Assembly (NCBI GenBank): GCA_037140955.1
Contig: JBAXDL010000006.1
Location: 1 to 55,881, forward strand
Reading direction: 5' to 3'
From: a bacterium
GTDB taxonomy: Bacteria; Patescibacteriota; Minisyncoccia; Moranbacterales; GWC2-37-73
DNA length: 55,881 nucleotides
Under the pieces are notes generated by a model that worked only from the letters and a program-made list of their open reading frames with translations, did no database searches and had not been told where the DNA came from. The translations under genes were made by a program, and so were the position numbers. Shown one piece after another: positions 16,502 through 24,772 of this stretch (within the stretch, counting starts at the first letter, position 1; each line of letters starts with the position of its first letter).

Positions 16502-18262
16502 TTATTTTATTACTTTGTTTTGAGAAAGTGAAAATGTTATTGTTTTTTCTTTTTGTTTCACACTATCCCCCCATGGATCGGTAAGTTTGAAGATAACTGT
16601 ACCATTATCCAAGTCACATGTAATTGATTGGTAATTTTTACTTGCTTCGGAATCATATTTTGAAATATCAAAGAGTGGATTATCGAAGTTGTTAGATGCG
16701 AACACAATTCCATCAAATGTACCATCAAATGCTGACGCAGCACATGTGAACACATTTTTTTCATCATCAGTAAATGTAACTTCTCTTGCAGCTCCTTGGG
16801 TAAATACTATTTTCTTTTTTGCAATATCATAAACAGAAGTACCGCCCCATTCCCAAGCGCCAACATTGTATATAACAAAATTACCCCTAGGTGAAAATTT
16901 AACATTGGAAAAAAATCTAACCTCTCCTATGTTCTTATAATCCTTGTCATATTCAGCCACGGCTTGATCAATTATCGTTTCTGATCCATCCTTTTCCAGA
17001 ACAACATAGTTTTTATTGTTTCTTTTTACTGCGCTTACTTTCGTATTACCAAATATGGAAGGCTCGGACAGTATTTCTCTTGATGACATTGTTTCAATTT
17101 TACCACCAACAACATTCATCACCACGTCATATTGAGTTGGATCTGCATTGCTTTCTTGATATTGCACAGAAAATTCGTATTGATTACCAGTAATCTTCTT
17201 AAAATCAGATGGTTTCGCAAAAAAGACATTGCCATACCATTGCTGAAAAGTATCGAAAGATATTTTATTGCTTGCATACATTGCATAAGCATCCTGCAAT
17301 TTTCCAGTTGAAATAAGCCAGTAGTATTTTCTTATTGCAGTTATATTTGAATCTTCACCAGCAATTGTTTCAAAGTCGATACTACTTTTTGCGGAAGGAG
17401 CAAAAGATTGAATACTGCTTACTAATTTGGAAAGTTGATTTTTTTGGTTTTCAATTTCATCTTTTGTTAATGCTTTATCTTGCGCACCACGTCTTTCAGA
17501 ATTGTTATAAAATTCTTCTATCGATGAAATTTTGTTTTTAATTTGAACTATTGCTCCAAAATCTGCTTCAACTAAAACTTGATTGAAATATCCATTAGAA
17601 AGGGTGTGATAGCCAAAATTCTTAAACGCATACGAATAAACGGGCTTGTTTTTATTGTCACCAAAATCAAAGACCTGCTTTTCTTCCGTTAAAATATCCT
17701 TCACACCTTGTTGGCACGTATCAACAATCTCATGAATTGTATCGCCATTTGCATTTGAATAGCCTAATTTATAGTCACAAATATTGCCCGATTTTTTAAG
17801 ATCAGAAACATTATCCATCGGATCACCATAGGGCGATTCTATTCCTGAAAATTTATCATTAAAAACAACTAACTGAATTATATTATTATTTTCAAAGCTA
17901 ATTGAAACATTGTTGTAGTATGCAGTATTTTGTTTTTCAAAATCACTTTCAATGCCTTGCAGATTCGTAATATTTGTAAGAGGTGCAGTATGTGGCTCAC
18001 CCCAAGATGCTGGATAAATAAATTCAATTCCCAAAACATCATGCTTGTACAATTTCCATCCCGCAGGAACTTCTATACTGGGAATTTCCTTGGCTATCTG
18101 CGTTGTCTGATTTTTTAACTCTTGAATTTGATTAGTTGATACCTTTTGATCGGAAGGCTGAAACTTTTTCATAAACATCCAGCCAATAACTCCCACAGTG
18201 ACAGCCACAATTACGATAATAATCGCAATCACAGCAACATTGCCTTTTGTAGTTTTTTTCAT
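16502..18262 (-). CDS. Hypothetical membrane-anchored extracytoplasmic protein (586 aa)
   Basis: N-terminal TM (VAVIAIIIVIVAVTVGVIGWMF), then a large beta-rich ectodomain. No family recognised. Confidence 0.6.
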   Translation of the reverse strand: MKKTTKGNVAVIAIIIVIVAVTVGVIGWMFMKKFQPSDQKVSTNQIQELKNQTTQIAKEIPSIEVPAGWKLYKHDVLGIEFIYPASWGEPHTAPLTNITNLQGIESDFEKQNTAYYNNVSISFENNNIIQLVVFNDKFSGIESPYGDPMDNVSDLKKSGNICDYKLGYSNANGDTIHEIVDTCQQGVKDILTEEKQVFDFGDNKNKPVYSYAFKNFGYHTLSNGYFNQVLVEADFGAIVQIKNKISSIEEFYNNSERRGAQDKALTKDEIENQKNQLSKLVSSIQSFAPSAKSSIDFETIAGEDSNITAIRKYYWLISTGKLQDAYAMYASNKISFDTFQQWYGNVFFAKPSDFKKITGNQYEFSVQYQESNADPTQYDVVMNVVGGKIETMSSREILSEPSIFGNTKVSAVKRNNKNYVVLEKDGSETIIDQAVAEYDKDYKNIGEVRFFSNVKFSPRGNFVIYNVGAWEWGGTSVYDIAKKKIVFTQGAAREVTFTDDEKNVFTCAASAFDGTFDGIVFASNNFDNPLFDISKYDSEASKNYQSITCDLDNGTVIFKLTDPWGDSVKQKEKTITFSLSQNKVIK

Positions 18263-18335
18263 TTTAATTTGTTATTTTTTTATATTGATATTTTACCATT
18301 AAATTTGTCCATTGTCGAAGTGATTTTTAACCATA

Positions 18336-19028
18336 GCAATCCCTTTTTGTTTTTTGCACGTGGGAAGTGGTTATTGGGTCCCCGACCGCAAAAGGGTACC
18401 CATGGGTGTGTATGGCTTTCTGTGCCAGCCCATCAAGGATCTTGAACAATATAACAAGTTAAGAGGCAATCCCTTTTTATGGTGGTAAGTCTGATTTATT
18501 TTGAAGTTTTTTCAGCCAGTAAAGCACTAATTAAAAGCGCAATAACCATCAAGTAGCAAGTACCCCAACTTTACCCCTTATACTCATTGCAACTTTATCC
18601 CTTATACCCACAAATAGTATTCTCTTTTTTATGGTCGGAAGTCGTAATTATTCTGAAGTTTTTTTACCCAGTAAATTACAGGTTGTAATACTAATAATCA
18701 ACAAATCGCAAGTACCTGAACTTAGGCGCTTATTCACCTTGCAACTTCATGGCTTAGCAATCTCTTTTTATGGTGTCATGTTGTATTTATTTTTAGATAT
18801 TTTTTAACTCAAAAAAGACTTTATGTAAGGCATAAATTCTCTTATAAGCAATTATAGGAAATATGGAAACATTACCGCTTATACCCCTTCAAAATATTAT
18901 GCCCTTTGCGGGCGATTTTGGGTAAAGTTGGTTTTATTATTGAGAAATTAGCTTCAAATAAGCCATAATGAGTGAAGCATGGCTAGATGTTTGAAAGATT
19001 GATACAATAACCATACAATTCTTTTTTT
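18336..19028. repeat. Degenerate tandem array, units of about 130-150 bp, anchored by GCAAT(C/T)C(C/T)CTTTTT-ATGG
   Basis: Anchor motif at 18336, 18466 (the identical 13-mer GCAATCCCTTTTT), 18618, 18757 and 19015. Units 18466-18617 and 18618-18756 align over their whole length (for example GAAGTTTTTT(T)..CCAGTAAA, GCAAGTACC, CTTAT.C.C.TTGCAACTT). Confidence 0.7.
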
Positions 19029-19075
19029 ATGCTATCCCTATTCGTACCCCTTGATCTCTAATAAAAACAAACAAA

Positions 19076-20842
19076 TTGAAAGAAGAACAAACAGAATCTG
19101 TGAGGGTTGCACTCTATGTGAGAGTATCAACCGATGATCAGGTTGAAAAATATGGCCCCGAACTACAAAAAGAAGCCTTACTGGGACTAATAAAATCAAA
19201 AGGGACCCTTGCAAATGGGAAGCCTAGATTTGTGCTTGCTGGGGATGAGCATATTTATTTTGAGGAGGGCATCAGCGGAACTATGCCAGTAGATGAAAGA
19301 CCTCAATTTTCAAGATTAAAAGAAAATATACTACTAGCATCAGAAGATCAAAAACCTTTTGACCTCGTGGCTGTTTACAAGATTGATAGGTTTGCACGTA
19401 AGCTGAAAATACTACTAGACATAATAGATTTTTTTGAATTTCATGGAATAAAGTTTATTTCAGCAAATGAAAGCATAGACACTTCAACCCCTTTTGGCAA
19501 AGCCATTCTTGGGATTATTGGCGTTATCGCTGAACTGGAAATAGAAACCACAAAAATGCGAACCCATGATGGTCGTGAGCAAGCAGCAAAAAGAGGTGTT
19601 ATTATGGGAAGCTCCTCTGTTTATGGATATGACAAGGATGAAGAAAAAAGGCACAAAATTCTTGAAGTTGAGGCCAAAATAGTAGAAATGATTTTTGATT
19701 TATTTGTGAATGAAAAAAAGTCTGCTTTCCAAATATCCAAATATCTATCCGAGCTACGAATCCCCACCAAGGGGGCTTCTGCCATAATAAATAAAAAAAG
19801 AAAAGGTCAAATAAAGCAAAAATCCAGTATTTATTTTTGGAAAGAAGGCGCAATTAGGGAAATTTTGCACGATGAAGTTTATATTGGAAATGTTTATTAC
19901 GACAAAGGCGAACGAGGCAAGACATTCCCCAAAGAGCAATGGAAGCTATCCGAGTTCAAATCTCCTGCTATTATCGATAGGCTTACTTTTGAAAAAGCGC
20001 AGAGTATTTTTGAATCATCAAAGCATGAGAATAAACAAACCCGAAGCAAACACACATATCTTTTGAGTGGACTGTTAAAATGTGATGCCTGTTATGATGA
20101 TGAGAAAGATATAACGGGTCGAATTTGCTGGACAGGAGACAGAAGAGAAATCAAAAAAGGAAATGGCAAATTTGCATATTCTTATAAATGCAATCGAAAA
20201 AATCCAGCCAAGCATGAGCATACATGCACCACAATCCCACTGCCAGCTAATGAAATAGAAAACTACATCATGGGTTTCTGCAAGAAACTCATTCAAAACC
20301 CGCTAGCAACATATAAGCATCAAGTCAGGCTCAATTCAACCAAAATAGCCATAAAGCAGCTCAAAAAAAGAGAGGAGGAATTGCTCAACGCCATCAATGG
20401 CTTCGTATTCCAAAAAGAGAGGATCAGGGAACAGCATACGCTCGGACTTCTTTCTACTGAAAAAATGCAAGAACAATTTAGCGACTTGGATACACGAAGA
20501 ATAAAACTTCAAACACAATTTACCGAGGTTCAGAGCCAAATTTCTGAAAACATCCTTTCGGAAAACTATAAAGAAACACTAGAGTTATTTTCCGCTAAAT
20601 ACAAAAAGAATATTCCCAGTGTCTTTGAAAACAGACTTGCTACACACGAACTAATTCACCAACTGATTGAAGAAATCGTGGTTTATTCCCGTCCGATAGA
20701 AAACGCTGATATTATTGCTGGCAAACGAAAAAAGGATCAAAAGATCCCTTTTCGCCTTCATATTAAATTGAAGTTACCACAAGACATTCTTACTGACCTC
20801 ACCGAGAGGTTCGGGGCAGGAAAGTCTCCTTTGAGCGGGTAG
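19076..20842 (+). CDS. Large serine recombinase (resolvase N-domain, recombinase domain, Zn ribbon, coiled coil)
   Basis: VALYVRVSTDDQ catalytic Ser motif, YKIDRFARK, ISANESIDTSTPFGKA. Recombinase domain YGYDKDE...IFDLF. Cys cluster LLKCDACY...YKCNRK...HTCTT. TTG start (or GTG at 19100). The last 9 nt overlap tRNA-Gly. Confidence 0.9.
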   Translation: MKEEQTESVRVALYVRVSTDDQVEKYGPELQKEALLGLIKSKGTLANGKPRFVLAGDEHIYFEEGISGTMPVDERPQFSRLKENILLASEDQKPFDLVAVYKIDRFARKLKILLDIIDFFEFHGIKFISANESIDTSTPFGKAILGIIGVIAELEIETTKMRTHDGREQAAKRGVIMGSSSVYGYDKDEEKRHKILEVEAKIVEMIFDLFVNEKKSAFQISKYLSELRIPTKGASAIINKKRKGQIKQKSSIYFWKEGAIREILHDEVYIGNVYYDKGERGKTFPKEQWKLSEFKSPAIIDRLTFEKAQSIFESSKHENKQTRSKHTYLLSGLLKCDACYDDEKDITGRICWTGDRREIKKGNGKFAYSYKCNRKNPAKHEHTCTTIPLPANEIENYIMGFCKKLIQNPLATYKHQVRLNSTKIAIKQLKKREEELLNAINGFVFQKERIREQHTLGLLSTEKMQEQFSDLDTRRIKLQTQFTEVQSQISENILSENYKETLELFSAKYKKNIPSVFENRLATHELIHQLIEEIVVYSRPIENADIIAGKRKKDQKIPFRLHIKLKLPQDILTDLTERFGAGKSPLSG

Positions 20843-20905
20843 GGGGAATCGAACCCCCCTCCTCAGATTGGAAGTCTGATATAATAACCACTATACGACA
20901 CCCGC
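20834..20905 (-). tRNA. tRNA-Gly (anticodon TCC)
   Basis: Reverse complement: acceptor GCGGGTG/TACCCGC, anticodon stem TCAGA/TCTGA with loop CTTCCAA, T arm GGGGG-TTCGATT-CCCCC, discriminator T. Confidence 0.88.
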
Positions 20906-20909
20906 TTGC

Positions 20910-21578
20910 TTATACTTGTGAAAGAGACTCTTCAATCCAACCCATGATTTTTCTGTGTAAATTCACTCCAAAATCAGGATTTCCATTGCTGTTAATTGTA
21001 ACATGGGCAGTGCCATGCGGCAATTTGAATTTCTTCATTTGCGATTTTTCCAGTCTGCGATCAACTTGCGTTTTGCGAAACTGAACAAGAGGAATATTAA
21101 CCTTTTTGCTCCAATATGTCAAGCTTTCGTGAATATCATTGTCTGGATATAGATGTATTGCTATTGTTATGTTGCTATTTTTGAGTTTGCATATCCTTTT
21201 GAACCACAAAATAGACATCTTTATTATTTGTGGATCTGAGTTTATGATGCGTATTATTTCATATGATTTTGTGCCTTCTCCTAGGTAAAGCCCAAGACCA
21301 AGCATCCAAAGGTCTCTCTTGGAGATTTTTCCTAGTTCTTCTCTAGCAGCTTTTTTGATGCGTGCGATGTCTGAAACCTTTTTGTTGTGCTTTATTTTTC
21401 CTGATTTGAGTGGCCCAGACTTGATGCGCTCCCACACTTTTTTATTTGGTTTGTATGGAATTTCCTTTAACCATGAGCTTAAGGTGCTTTTGCTTACGCC
21501 TAATTTCTCAACAATCATCGAGTAAGAGTCGCCTTTTTTGCGCAATTCGATAGCTTTTATTTTTGTGCTTGTTTTCAT
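20910..21578 (-). CDS. HTH plus LAGLIDADG-like homing-endonuclease-like protein
   Basis: N-terminal HTH (YSMIVEKLGVSKSTLSSWLKE). The central LWMLGLGLYLGEGTK resembles the LAGLIDADG motif (GxxxGDG/EG). The stop codon lies 4 nt upstream of the tRNA-Gly 5' end. Confidence 0.45.
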   Translation of the reverse strand: MKTSTKIKAIELRKKGDSYSMIVEKLGVSKSTLSSWLKEIPYKPNKKVWERIKSGPLKSGKIKHNKKVSDIARIKKAAREELGKISKRDLWMLGLGLYLGEGTKSYEIIRIINSDPQIIKMSILWFKRICKLKNSNITIAIHLYPDNDIHESLTYWSKKVNIPLVQFRKTQVDRRLEKSQMKKFKLPHGTAHVTINSNGNPDFGVNLHRKIMGWIEESLSQV

Positions 21579-21641
21579 GTCAACATCATAGCATATATTA
21601 TAGGTGGGTACAATATATCAAGTATTTTGATTTATCCACAG

Positions 21642-21662
21642 TCGGTGGATAAATAGGGTGTT
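21642..21662. promoter_or_regulatory. Inverted pair of DnaA-box sequences upstream of nrdA
   Basis: TTATCCACA-GTC-GGTGGATAA. The left half is the exact DnaA-box consensus TTATCCACA and the right half is TTATCCACC on the other strand. Confidence 0.45.
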
Positions 21663-21763
21663 ATTTTTGCAATTTATGAAAAATTAGCTATAACAAAGCT
21701 TAATTTTTTGGTTGGTTGAGGTGTTGGCTCATTTTTCATCTTGTGGTATCATGTACTAACAGT

Positions 21764-21779
21764 ACGCTATATGTAGTGT
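21764..21779. promoter_or_regulatory. NrdR-box-like palindrome overlapping the nrdA promoter
   Basis: ACGCTATATGTAGTGT resembles the NrdR box ACACwAtATaTwGTGT. A TATAAT -10 lies at 21793-21798. Only one good box is seen and there is no nrdR gene in the window. Confidence 0.25.
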
Positions 21780-21812
21780 ATAAGTCGTTAATATAATAAA
21801 AAACATAAAAAT

Positions 21813-24428
21813 ATGTCTATTGCTCAAGTAAAGCTGCGCAGTGGTGAGTTGGCACCGTTTGATCGAACAAAAATAGAAAGGGCAATTGAATTGGCCTGTG
21901 AGGCGGTGGGGGAATTGAACAAGGATTTTATTGTAAAAATGGCTGATGATATTATAGCGGAAATCACACTTGGCTGTGGCGATGATGCCAATGTGAACAT
22001 TCCAAGTGTTGAAAAGATTCAGGATATTACAGAAAAACACTTGATGAAAGATGGGCGCTATGAAACCGCCAAGGCTTTCATTTTGTATCGCAACAAGCAA
22101 AGTGAGAAGCGTGATGAGAAAAAAGAAAAACTTTTGGAGCAATTTGAAAAGCACTCCATGAAGGTGATCAAGAGCAATGGAAAAAAGGAACTTTTTGATA
22201 TCAAAAAAATTAAAGCGGTTTTTGAAAGAGCTGTTGATGGCTATCAAGAGACTTGTAAATTTGAGGATTTGCTTGAGGCTTTCAAGAAAAATATCGTTGA
22301 TGAGATCAAAACTTCTGACATCAACAAGTTGTTGGTCAAAACTTGCATTGACTTGGTGACGGTTGAAAATATTTCTTGGCAGGAAGTTGCTGGGCGCATT
22401 GCACTTTTTAATTTGTACAAAGAAGCAATCAGGAACAGAAAAATCAAGCACGAAGATGTGTATTCTCCGCAATCGGTGCTGGCTCTTTTTCATGAATATA
22501 TTAAAAGTGGTTTATATGCAAAGGAATTACGAGAGACTTATACTGATGAAGAAATTTTGTTGGCAGCCAAAAGTATTGATGCCAAGCTTGATTTGAGTTA
22601 TGGATACACCACTGTGCTTTCTTTGCAGAAAAGATATTTGCTAAATCCAAACAAAATTGTCAAAGAACTTCCACAAGAGATGTATTTTTTTGTGGGCTTG
22701 TTTATGGCGATGCCAGAAGCAAAAGAAACTCGTTTGGCAACAGCTATTGAAATGTATCTTGCTTGCGCTGGGCAGAAAATTTCTTTGGCAACTCCATCAC
22801 TCATGAATGCTCGCACAACTTTTCATCAACTTTCTAGCTGTTTTAAATTGAATGTGGATGATGATTTGCGTGCTATTTATCACTCAATTGAAAACATTGC
22901 GCAAATTTCAAAATTTGGTGGCGGTGTGGGTGTGTATCTTGGAAACATTCGTGCGCGCGGTTCTTCAATTCGTGGGGTGATGGGAATGTCTGGCGGTGTT
23001 AATCCTTGGGTAAAGGTGATCAATGACACTGCTATTGCAGTGAATCAACTTGGCTCAAGACTGGGAGCAATTTCAGTGACCCTTGATGTTTGGCATCATG
23101 ACATCTATGATTTCTTGGATTTGCAAACTGAAACAGGAGACATTCGCTCAAAAGCTTTTGACATCTTTCCTGCCATTTCAGTGCCAGATCTTTTCATGAA
23201 AAGATTAGACAAAAATGAGGACATCACCTTGTTTGATCCCTATGAAATTACCAAACTGCATGGCAAATCATTGCAAGACACTTTTGGTGAAGATTTTGAA
23301 AAGTTTTATTTGCTATTAGAAAAAGATGAAAACATTAAAATGAAAAAACAAGTTCCAGCCAAGGAATTGTTCAAGAAGTTTTTAAAGACAGTAGTGGAAA
23401 CTGGCATGCCATATGTGTTTTTCCGCGACACAGTCAATCGCGCCAATCCCAACAAGCATGCGGGAAATATTTATTCTTCGCAGCTTTGCACTGAAATTTG
23501 TCAGAACACTTCAGCTTCAAAATTTGTGGAAGAAACATTGGAAGACGGAAAAATACTTATCAAATATGAGCCAGGTGACACAGTTGTTTGCAATTTGGCT
23601 TCAATTAATGTGGCTAAAGTTAACACCAAAGAAGAGATTGATAAGATTTTGCCAATTGCCATGCGCATGTTGGATAATGTCATCACTTTGAATTATTATC
23701 CAATTCAAGAGGCTAAAAGAACTGCCATGCGTTATCGCTCAGTTGGCTTGGGATATCTTGGTTTGGCAGAATATTTGGCAGTGCAGAAAATTGCCTATGA
23801 CTCACAAGAAGCTCGCAACGTCACTGATGAATTGTTTTCAAAATATGCTTTTGCGACTTATCGCGCTTCAGTTGATTTGGCAAAAGAGCGTGGAAGTTAT
23901 CCATTATATGAAGGAAGTGAATATTCTAAAGGAAAAATTCTTGGCAATGGTGTGGAATGGTTTGAGAAAAATACTAAAGATGGAAAAGACTGGAAAAAGC
24001 TTTTTGCAGACATGAAAGTTTCCGGTGTGCGTTTTGCATACAACACAGCGCCGGCGCCAAACACTTCAACTGCAGGCGTGGTTGGAACAACAGCGGCACT
24101 ACTTCCGATTTATAAGAAGTTTTTTGTGGAAACAAATTTGAGCGCGCCAACTGTGCGCGTGGCACCAAAGCTTAGCAAGGAAAATTTCTGGTATTACAAA
24201 GAATATATCAACATGGACATGAATGAGGTGATTGATATGATGGCAGTTTTGTATAAATGGATTGATCAATCAATTTCTTTTGAATGGATGATTGATCCAT
24301 CACGCGTCAGTCCTGCTCAACTGTATGCTTATTATATGAAGTCATGGTCAAGTGGAATCAAGACTGTGTATTATGTGCGAAGTCTTTCTGGGGAAGTTAA
24401 GGATGATTGTGTGAGTTGTTCTGGATGA
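21813..24428 (+). CDS. nrdA: Class I ribonucleoside-diphosphate reductase alpha subunit with N-terminal ATP-cone
   Basis: 871 aa. ATP-cone VKLRSGELAPFDRTKIERAI, catalytic region NLCTEI-like SQLCTEICQ, C-terminal redox Cys pair CVSCSG. Followed by nrdB. Confidence 0.93.
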   Translation: MSIAQVKLRSGELAPFDRTKIERAIELACEAVGELNKDFIVKMADDIIAEITLGCGDDANVNIPSVEKIQDITEKHLMKDGRYETAKAFILYRNKQSEKRDEKKEKLLEQFEKHSMKVIKSNGKKELFDIKKIKAVFERAVDGYQETCKFEDLLEAFKKNIVDEIKTSDINKLLVKTCIDLVTVENISWQEVAGRIALFNLYKEAIRNRKIKHEDVYSPQSVLALFHEYIKSGLYAKELRETYTDEEILLAAKSIDAKLDLSYGYTTVLSLQKRYLLNPNKIVKELPQEMYFFVGLFMAMPEAKETRLATAIEMYLACAGQKISLATPSLMNARTTFHQLSSCFKLNVDDDLRAIYHSIENIAQISKFGGGVGVYLGNIRARGSSIRGVMGMSGGVNPWVKVINDTAIAVNQLGSRLGAISVTLDVWHHDIYDFLDLQTETGDIRSKAFDIFPAISVPDLFMKRLDKNEDITLFDPYEITKLHGKSLQDTFGEDFEKFYLLLEKDENIKMKKQVPAKELFKKFLKTVVETGMPYVFFRDTVNRANPNKHAGNIYSSQLCTEICQNTSASKFVEETLEDGKILIKYEPGDTVVCNLASINVAKVNTKEEIDKILPIAMRMLDNVITLNYYPIQEAKRTAMRYRSVGLGYLGLAEYLAVQKIAYDSQEARNVTDELFSKYAFATYRASVDLAKERGSYPLYEGSEYSKGKILGNGVEWFEKNTKDGKDWKKLFADMKVSGVRFAYNTAPAPNTSTAGVVGTTAALLPIYKKFFVETNLSAPTVRVAPKLSKENFWYYKEYINMDMNEVIDMMAVLYKWIDQSISFEWMIDPSRVSPAQLYAYYMKSWSSGIKTVYYVRSLSGEVKDDCVSCSG

Positions 24429-24522
24429 TTTATTTTTGATTTATGATTTCTTGCTTACGTGTTCGATGATTGTTTTCTGTGCAATAATATTTTGTAAAAA
24501 ATAAAAGAGATGTTTTTGTGAA

Positions 24523-24643
24523 ATAATTTCTACTCATCTGTTTCCTTTTTCGGCACGCTCGCAATCAGGGAACTAAGATTGCTTCGCTAAGAGCTCGCTG
24601 TCGCTCACTGTTGCCTTAAAAGAAAACAGATTCGAGAAATTAT
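24523..24643 (+). repeat. Long imperfect inverted repeat (about 22 bp paired) enclosing a GC-rich 68-nt core in the nrdA-nrdB spacer
   Basis: Arms 24523-24549 and 24618-24643 pair as 9 bp, an internal loop, 8 bp, a mismatch, then 5 bp. The core continues GGCA/TGCC and GCAATC/GATTGC. Confidence 0.7.
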
Positions 24644-24772
24644 AGTAAAATTTAATCTTAAATCAGAAGTGTTTTTTTATTAAAATAAATTTAAAGAGCC
24701 ACGAGAGTAGTAATTTTAAAGTGCTTTTCACTTTATTGCCTTACGACTTTAAGGACTCTTGGCTAGTGAAAT

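Larger units (their letters stand above)
14390..20842. mobile_element. Putative integrated island at tRNA-Gly (serine-recombinase element); left boundary uncertain
   Basis: A large serine recombinase sits at the right end with its stop codon inside tRNA-Gly. The interior holds only orphan hypothetical genes, repeats and structured non-coding DNA. Confidence 0.4.

Noticed and set aside
18480-18650. Short matches between the repeat units and the tRNA-Gly anticodon arm (AAGTCTGAT, GGAAGTC), as possible att relics.
   Set aside because: Exact matches are only 7-9 nt and the flanks do not continue the tRNA sequence. My rough expectation for one such match in 800 bp is not small, so this is treated as chance.
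21608-21625. A second NrdR box (TACAATATATCAAGTA).
   Set aside because: It is poorly palindromic and lies about 155 bp from the better box, whereas NrdR boxes normally occur in closely phased pairs.
21756-22493. 245-aa ORF on the minus strand.
   Set aside because: It lies almost entirely antisense to the strongly conserved nrdA N-terminus. It is low-complexity (F/L/I/K-rich), as expected for the reverse frame of an AT-rich gene, and has no motif support.
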